NCBI GenBank assembly: GCA_022530585.1
Contig: CP092821.1
Coordinates: 819,465 to 883,464, forward strand
Direction: 5' to 3'
Origin: Candidatus Nealsonbacteria bacterium DGGOD1a
Lineage (GTDB): Bacteria > Patescibacteriota > Minisyncoccia > Minisyncoccales > UBA5738
DNA: 64,000 nt
Shown: positions 58,547 to 64,000 of the stretch, one piece after another
Position numbering within the stretch: position 1 is the stretch's first letter
How the letters are laid out: each line of letters opens with the position of its first letter
The notes under the pieces: model-generated
Database searches by the model: none
What the model was told of the DNA's origin: nothing
The model's input: only the letters and a program-made list of their open reading frames with translations
Position numbers and translations under genes: made by a program

Positions 58547-59171
58547 TTTTTTTCTCTCCCAAGCTTCTCTTTTTTAAAAAAATTACTTTCACGATTTCCC
58601 AAAAAGTGAGCCAGATTATTTTGACATCGGTGAAAAACGAACTTTCTTTGGCGTATCTTATGCGCAATTTGTTTTTTTCCGGCTCGATCTTTTCCATATA
58701 AATTTTGTCCACATCTTCGCTGCCCAGAATCTGGTCCAAGTTAATGAACGCGATTGACGCATAATCGGTCATTCCGGGCTTGACGCTCAAAATCAGCCTT
58801 TCTTCTCCTTCATACAAATCAGTGTATTTTTTAACCTGCGGCCGCGGCCCGACGATGCTCATCTCCCCCTTTAACACATTGAATAATTGGGGCATTTCAT
58901 CCAGCTTGTATTTGCGCAGCGTCCGGCCGATTTTAATGTTGCGCGGATCATTGTCCGCGGTCGACGGCCCGCCCAGTTTCTCGGCATCGACCACCATGGT
59001 GCGAAACTTTAAAATCTTGAATTGTTTGCCGCCCTTTCCCGTGCGCAAGCCGCGGTAAAACACCGGGCCGGGCGAATTCAATTCAATTGCCAGCGCCACG
59101 ACAATCATTATCGGCGCGAATATGGCCAAACAAACCGCGGAAACAACAATGTCAAACAGCCGTTTCAACAT
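58533..59171 (-). CDS. Initiating sugar (phosphoglycosyl) transferase
   Basis: KRLFDI, KFRTM, LDEMPQLFNVLKGEMSIVGPRP. Confidence 0.93.
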   Translation of the reverse strand: MLKRLFDIVVSAVCLAIFAPIMIVVALAIELNSPGPVFYRGLRTGKGGKQFKILKFRTMVVDAEKLGGPSTADNDPRNIKIGRTLRKYKLDEMPQLFNVLKGEMSIVGPRPQVKKYTDLYEGEERLILSVKPGMTDYASIAFINLDQILGSEDVDKIYMEKIEPEKNKLRIRYAKESSFFTDVKIIWLTFWEIVKVIFLKKRSLGEKKNGIR

Positions 59172-59176
59172 ATTTT

Positions 59177-59953
59177 TTATTCTTTGGGGTCCGACAAAAC
59201 AAAAATCGTTTGCCACGCCAGCCATTGAATTCCCGGAATCTTCAACAAAACCGCGTCCACGATTTCAAAAAACCCGAGCACCGGCTTGAAAACCGGCGTA
59301 TGCCGGAACGGTACGGCCAATAAGGCGGCCAGATAAAAAAATTTTATGTCAATTTTACCAAAATTTTTTTTGGCGGCGTAAATCGATTCTTTGGTCAAAA
59401 TATGGTTTGCCTCCCATTCGGTTCGCAATTTCGGCGTCATTTTGCGGTAAAGCTGGAACACCGGATTATAGGCCAAGGGTTCACCGCAAATGACCTGGCC
59501 GCCGGGCTTCAAAACCCGCGCCAATTCCGGATAAACTTTTTTTAAATCAAGATGATGCAAAACTCCGGTACAAACAATATAGTCGAACGAATTGGCGGCA
59601 AATGCCATATTCTCCCCGTCCATCACCAAAAAGAGCGGCTTGTTTTCCTGCCCTGATTTCTGCGCCTTTTCGTTGGCGAATTTTATTGAGACATCGGAGA
59701 TATCAATGCCGGTGATATCGGCTCCCAGCGACGCCAAAGAAACGCTCACATCGCCTTCACCGCAACAAAAATCCAGAAATTTTTTGCCCGGAGCAATCCT
59801 TTGCGCCACCCAATTATCAATATGCCGGCGGCTTTTGCGAGTTATTGAATAAAACTTTTTATTATCTGCGGCGGCCTCCGCGTCATCAGCCCGGCGCAAC
59901 ATATTCTTCAAATTGTTCGCGTGCTCCCTCTCTTTGATTTTTCGCTGTTCCAT
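59177..59953 (-). CDS. Class I SAM-dependent methyltransferase
   Basis: LDFCCGEG, GIDIS, SFD, VLHH, RVLKPGG. Confidence 0.88.
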   Translation of the reverse strand: MEQRKIKEREHANNLKNMLRRADDAEAAADNKKFYSITRKSRRHIDNWVAQRIAPGKKFLDFCCGEGDVSVSLASLGADITGIDISDVSIKFANEKAQKSGQENKPLFLVMDGENMAFAANSFDYIVCTGVLHHLDLKKVYPELARVLKPGGQVICGEPLAYNPVFQLYRKMTPKLRTEWEANHILTKESIYAAKKNFGKIDIKFFYLAALLAVPFRHTPVFKPVLGFFEIVDAVLLKIPGIQWLAWQTIFVLSDPKE

Positions 59954-59964
59954 TTTGATATTAT

Positions 59965-60972
59965 TTATTTCGTAAAGATTAATTTTAAAAAACCGTTCAT
60001 TGATCCCAGCGCGTAAGCCAAATGGCGCGATCCAAACGCGACGGGCATCAAAAACGCGTAGCGCCAATCGCGCTCTTTTACGGAAATTTTAACAGAAAAA
60101 AACAAACTAAGCAAAATATAAAACGCGGCCAAAAACCACAAAACCGGCCAAAAACCCGGCCAAAAAAACCCGGCAACCGCGAATAAAACCGCAAATAAAA
60201 AACACGAAGCGGGCAAATAGTGCCTTAATCTTAGCGATTCCTTGGTAAATTTGCGCGAAAAGATAACCCATGTGCCGCCGTAAAAATCGTGAATAAAAAA
60301 ATCTTTAAGGTCGGACCGCGCGTAATAGCGGCAAATAATGTCGGGAGCCAGCAATATTTTACCGCCGGATTTTTTTAATCTGACATTAAATTCCATATCT
60401 TGGCCGCGCGTCAATTTTTCATTGAAAAAACCTATTTTGTCGAAAATTTCTTTCCGGTAACAACCGCCAAAAACCGTATCCACCCATTTGGGTTCATTGG
60501 ACTTCATGCGGAAATGGGAATCGCCCACGCCAAACGGACTGGATAAAGCCCGAACAATCGCCTTGCCCATTATCGTGCCATTTCTCGATAGAGTAATCAT
60601 GCGGCCACCGACATTATCGGCACCGTATTCATTCAGATAGTAAACACATTTGGACAAATAATCATTTTGATAATCAGCGTGCGCCCCCATTATAGCGACA
60701 ACTTCCCCCTTGGCACTTTGTATGCCGAGGTTAAAAGCAAATGGAGTGAATATTTTTTCATTATCCAGCATCCGAATCCGGCGGTCTTTTTTTGCGTAAC
60801 TTTCCAAAATCCGGCGCGTGCCATCCGTACTGGCGCCATCGACAACAATAATCTCAAAACGGCCGCCGGGATAATCCTGCGCCAAAACCGCATCAAGACA
60901 TTTTGCGATGTGCTTTTCCTCGTTGCGGCAAGGAATTACAATTGTTACCAATGGCAATGTAATTTTGTCCAT
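59965..60972 (-). CDS. Glycosyltransferase family 2 (ExoA-like)
   Basis: IPCRNEE, VDGASTDGT, QDMEFN.R. Confidence 0.9.
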   Translation of the reverse strand: MDKITLPLVTIVIPCRNEEKHIAKCLDAVLAQDYPGGRFEIIVVDGASTDGTRRILESYAKKDRRIRMLDNEKIFTPFAFNLGIQSAKGEVVAIMGAHADYQNDYLSKCVYYLNEYGADNVGGRMITLSRNGTIMGKAIVRALSSPFGVGDSHFRMKSNEPKWVDTVFGGCYRKEIFDKIGFFNEKLTRGQDMEFNVRLKKSGGKILLAPDIICRYYARSDLKDFFIHDFYGGTWVIFSRKFTKESLRLRHYLPASCFLFAVLFAVAGFFWPGFWPVLWFLAAFYILLSLFFSVKISVKERDWRYAFLMPVAFGSRHLAYALGSMNGFLKLIFTK

Positions 60973-60976
60973 ACCA

Positions 60977-62545
60977 TTACTTTAACCGATAAATCTCCAA
61001 CCCGGCAACTTTTCCCATGCTGATATCGGGTTTGTTTTTTAAAAATTCAGGCGCGGCGCCGGCGGCCTTCCAAACAATATAATAGTCAATGTCGCAATCA
61101 AACAGTTGCGAACGCAAATCTTCCCGGCCAAGTTCGAAATTTGGAATACCGTAATACTGTCCCCGAAACTGAAACGCCAGATAAAGCGACCTTGACCATT
61201 CGGCATTGGAAGCGATTTTCCCGTTCACGCCGGAATTTTCCAACTGTAAATACATCCGCCGGTCTTCCCGGCCCGTATCCACGCGGGACACAAGTTTGTA
61301 TATTGGCATCAGCGTAAAAGAAAAAATGGCAAAAAACAATACCGCCGATTTTATTTTCGGATTCTGTTTTAACCATCCAAAATCATCAACGATTTTCGCC
61401 GCCAATACCAACAGCAATATCTGCGCAACCCAGATATAGCGTTCTTCAATATGAATCGGAAGATACCCGGCCGTTAATATCAAGATCGTCAAAACCAAAC
61501 AAATATGGTCGCGGATAAAAATCTTTCGCGAACCGCTTTTGAAAATTATAACGATCGAAATAACCAGCGCGGCCAGCGCCAACAGCGAAAACCGCCCGTA
61601 GATGCCGATGAACGCCTTTCCGGAGTTAGCGATCGCATTAAGCGCGTAATGCCGGATTTTTTCGTCGAACGGTACCTTTTGAGCCACCGGAACCGCGATC
61701 AATCCCGGATCATCCCACGCGCTCAACGAATATTCATCCGCCGGCGGCAGAAAGCCAAGATAATCCAGCGGATCTCCCTCCGCGCCCGGACCGTAGGCCG
61801 CCAGATTATACGCTCCGGTACGACCGATGGTGAATTCTCCGTATTTGGCGGAGATCAACGCGATCCAAACGCCGCCGATAATCGCGAACGCCATTGTTCC
61901 GGCGATAAAATTGCGGAAAATATTTTTTCTTTCCGCAACCGTTTTTGACCGCCAGAAGAAAATCGCGCCAAACAGCGCGAAATGAACAATAAAAAATAAA
62001 AAGGCGTAAGTTTTGGCAAGATACGCCAATCCGCCCAAAATGCCGCACCACAACCCGTAATTGTTAGCCATGCAATCCTCGCGGAAAATAAAACTTAAGT
62101 AAAAAATTATAATCGCTGACAACAACAAATCCGGCGTGGTCAGCGACACGGCGCAATAAACCGCGATCGGAACCAACGCGGCAATAATCATTTTTTTGGC
62201 GCGCCCGGCCAGATCAAAACAATCCAAAAGTTTATTTGACGCGATCAGCAATCCCAAACCGGCCAAAATGCCAACGATCTTCGCCGCGACCATCGCCGGA
62301 ATCCCAAACGCGATAAAGATCGCGATCAACCAAGAATATAACGGGCTCCAAAAACCGTTGACCGCGGGCCAAAAATTTCCCGCGGCGTATTTTTGCGCGA
62401 TCGAAAGATAGGCCAGTCCGTCGGTATTCCACTGGTAACGGTAAAAAAAGGCGAACAACAACGCCAGAGACAAATACACCACGGCCGATAAAAACTCAAA
62501 CTTGTTAATTTTTTTAAAAATCGAAGCCATTGAATTTGTTGGCAT
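60977..62545 (-). CDS. Polytopic membrane protein, probable GT-C glycosyltransferase
   Basis: NTDGLAYLSIA, WSPLYSW, TPDLL, LAYLAK; many TM helices. Confidence 0.65.
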   Translation of the reverse strand: MPTNSMASIFKKINKFEFLSAVVYLSLALLFAFFYRYQWNTDGLAYLSIAQKYAAGNFWPAVNGFWSPLYSWLIAIFIAFGIPAMVAAKIVGILAGLGLLIASNKLLDCFDLAGRAKKMIIAALVPIAVYCAVSLTTPDLLLSAIIIFYLSFIFREDCMANNYGLWCGILGGLAYLAKTYAFLFFIVHFALFGAIFFWRSKTVAERKNIFRNFIAGTMAFAIIGGVWIALISAKYGEFTIGRTGAYNLAAYGPGAEGDPLDYLGFLPPADEYSLSAWDDPGLIAVPVAQKVPFDEKIRHYALNAIANSGKAFIGIYGRFSLLALAALVISIVIIFKSGSRKIFIRDHICLVLTILILTAGYLPIHIEERYIWVAQILLLVLAAKIVDDFGWLKQNPKIKSAVLFFAIFSFTLMPIYKLVSRVDTGREDRRMYLQLENSGVNGKIASNAEWSRSLYLAFQFRGQYYGIPNFELGREDLRSQLFDCDIDYYIVWKAAGAAPEFLKNKPDISMGKVAGLEIYRLK

Positions 62546-62562
62546 TTAATTTTATTTCGCAA

Positions 62563-63651
62563 TCACCTTGGCAATAAATATTTATACAAGCCTTCCATCA
62601 GCCGCATTTGGGTTTTGTAATCGTTTCTTTCCATAATCGTGCGGCGGGCGTTTTCTCCGATTTTGGTTGTAATCTCGCGATCGGATAAAATTTTAATGAT
62701 ATTTTCCGCCAACACGGCATAATCTTTAACCGGCGACAAAAAACCGTTCTTGCCGTTTTCGATCCACTTGCCGTTTTCTCCGGAATCGGTAACCGCCGGG
62801 GGCAAACCGCAAGCCATCGCCTCGGCCGTACTGCCGGCAATGCCCGAATCCGAAAGCGAAGTGGAAACATAGGCGTTAAAACTGCGAAACCAGCGCGGCA
62901 AATCATTGTGCGGAATGAATCCGGCGAAAATCACATTGCTTTCAATCCCCAAATCTTTTGCTTGGCGTTTCAATTCCGCTTCAAGCGACCCCCGGCCGCC
63001 GATAACAAATTTGGCGGCGGGAATTTTTTCAATCACGATCGCCGCGGCTTTCAACAAAGCGGGAATATCATAAATCGGCTCAAGACTGCGCACGCTGACA
63101 ACCGAGGGGCAATTTTCAATACCCAATTTTTTTTGCAGTTCCTTGTCGGCCGGACCCGGACAAAAAATATCGGCCTCAACCCCGAAATTGACAATTTTAA
63201 TTCTTTGTTCGGGTACTCCCAGCCTGATTATCGCGTCTTTCAAATGAAAAGCGTCGCAGGTCACCAAGTTGGCATCTTTCATTGCCGGCGCGATCAAAAG
63301 CCTCATCGCCGGTTTTCGCGCCGCGACCAAAATATCCGACCCCCATGCCGTGATCACCAGAGGATGGAACCCGGCAAGCCAAGCCAATACTCCGTTAACG
63401 CCCGCGTAATGAGCGTGCAAAATATCCGGTTTGATCTTTTTAACCAATCGGCGCACCGCCCGCGCGTTGGCGATAATTTTAAAACTTTTGAACCGGCTGT
63501 CCTTTATCAGATAAAATCTGACATTGGGCGGCAAAACGCCTTCCGGCTTGGAAGTCGATATCCAATCGATATTATGGCCGTTTTCGGCGAAATAGCTTAT
63601 CCACCGCAGCGAATGCGGACTGGCCGCGTCGGCAATATAACAAATTTTCAT
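62563..63651 (-). CDS. Glycosyltransferase family 4
   Basis: PDILHAH, TAWGSD, EAMACGLP. Confidence 0.9.
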   Translation of the reverse strand: MKICYIADAASPHSLRWISYFAENGHNIDWISTSKPEGVLPPNVRFYLIKDSRFKSFKIIANARAVRRLVKKIKPDILHAHYAGVNGVLAWLAGFHPLVITAWGSDILVAARKPAMRLLIAPAMKDANLVTCDAFHLKDAIIRLGVPEQRIKIVNFGVEADIFCPGPADKELQKKLGIENCPSVVSVRSLEPIYDIPALLKAAAIVIEKIPAAKFVIGGRGSLEAELKRQAKDLGIESNVIFAGFIPHNDLPRWFRSFNAYVSTSLSDSGIAGSTAEAMACGLPPAVTDSGENGKWIENGKNGFLSPVKDYAVLAENIIKILSDREITTKIGENARRTIMERNDYKTQMRLMEGLYKYLLPR

Positions 63652-64000
63652 GGTTTCAATTTTTTAAACAAATCAATCGCGGAATCCCGGTACAACCCGA
63701 TATCGGATTTCCTGGGCAAAATAATTTCAAGAAAACTGTTTTTTGAAATGATCTTATACGCGATCGCCGCGCAAAAAAACATTAAACAATAAGTGGCATC
63801 GGCGGCCCAAGCCGCGCCGATTATTCCCCATCGAGATATAAAGAATATATTGAAAATAATACCGGAGAAAAACGCGGCCGCGCTGATATAGCTGACGATT
63901 ATCTGCCGGCCGCGGCCGCAAATGTCGTTGGAAAGTATTTCCCAGCCGCAGTACGCGACAACTCCAATCAGCAATATCCGAAGCGGCTCCACGGCGTCGG
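63648..64000 (-). CDS. Polysaccharide flippase (Wzx-like), C-terminal part only
   Basis: PLRILL.G, N.FFI..WGIIGAAWA; located in the glycan cluster at the window edge. Confidence 0.7.
   Translation of the reverse strand, partial: DAVEPLRILLIGVVAYCGWEILSNDICGRGRQIIVSYISAAAFFSGIIFNIFFISRWGIIGAAWAADATYCLMFFCAAIAYKIISKNSFLEIILPRKSDIGLYRDSAIDLFKKLKP

Overview
Bacterial chromosomal window with almost all genes on the minus strand. Gene content and style suggest Patescibacteria/CPR (Parcubacteria-like); this is inferred from PsbP-like secreted proteins, a VirD4/HerA ATPase with a CxxC-x17-CxxC tail, a PaaX/Cas2-like regulator, four-helix-bundle genes and many REP-like palindromes. The core backbone carries lepA, murJ, rnpB, recJ-like, pgk, secDF, secA, hpf, murB, an FtsB-like gene and a surface-glycan cluster (46-64 kb). 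An AT-rich defence island (~9.4-20.2 kb) hangs off the 3' end of tRNA-Gly(CCC) and ends in a large serine recombinase (LSR). The most striking feature is that the last ~150 bp of the LSR gene before the tRNA recur in inverted orientation at 12878-13030 and again, truncated, at 9540-9637. The full inverted copy keeps the ATGGAG junction that overlaps the tRNA CCA end in exact register, followed by an alternative in-frame LSR C-terminus. This suggests an LSR-driven invertible or cassette system carrying defence cargo: an HpaII-like MTase/Vsr/GHKL/HNH module and a DUF3800 module with a candidate RNA. Also present are three IS elements (IS3, IS200, IS1202-like), a MNT-HEPN pair bracketed by a duplicated secA 3' end, a PaaX/Cas2-like gene between two identical 34-bp perfect palindromes, several repeat families and unannotated microproteins. 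All family calls come from motif recognition, not database searches.
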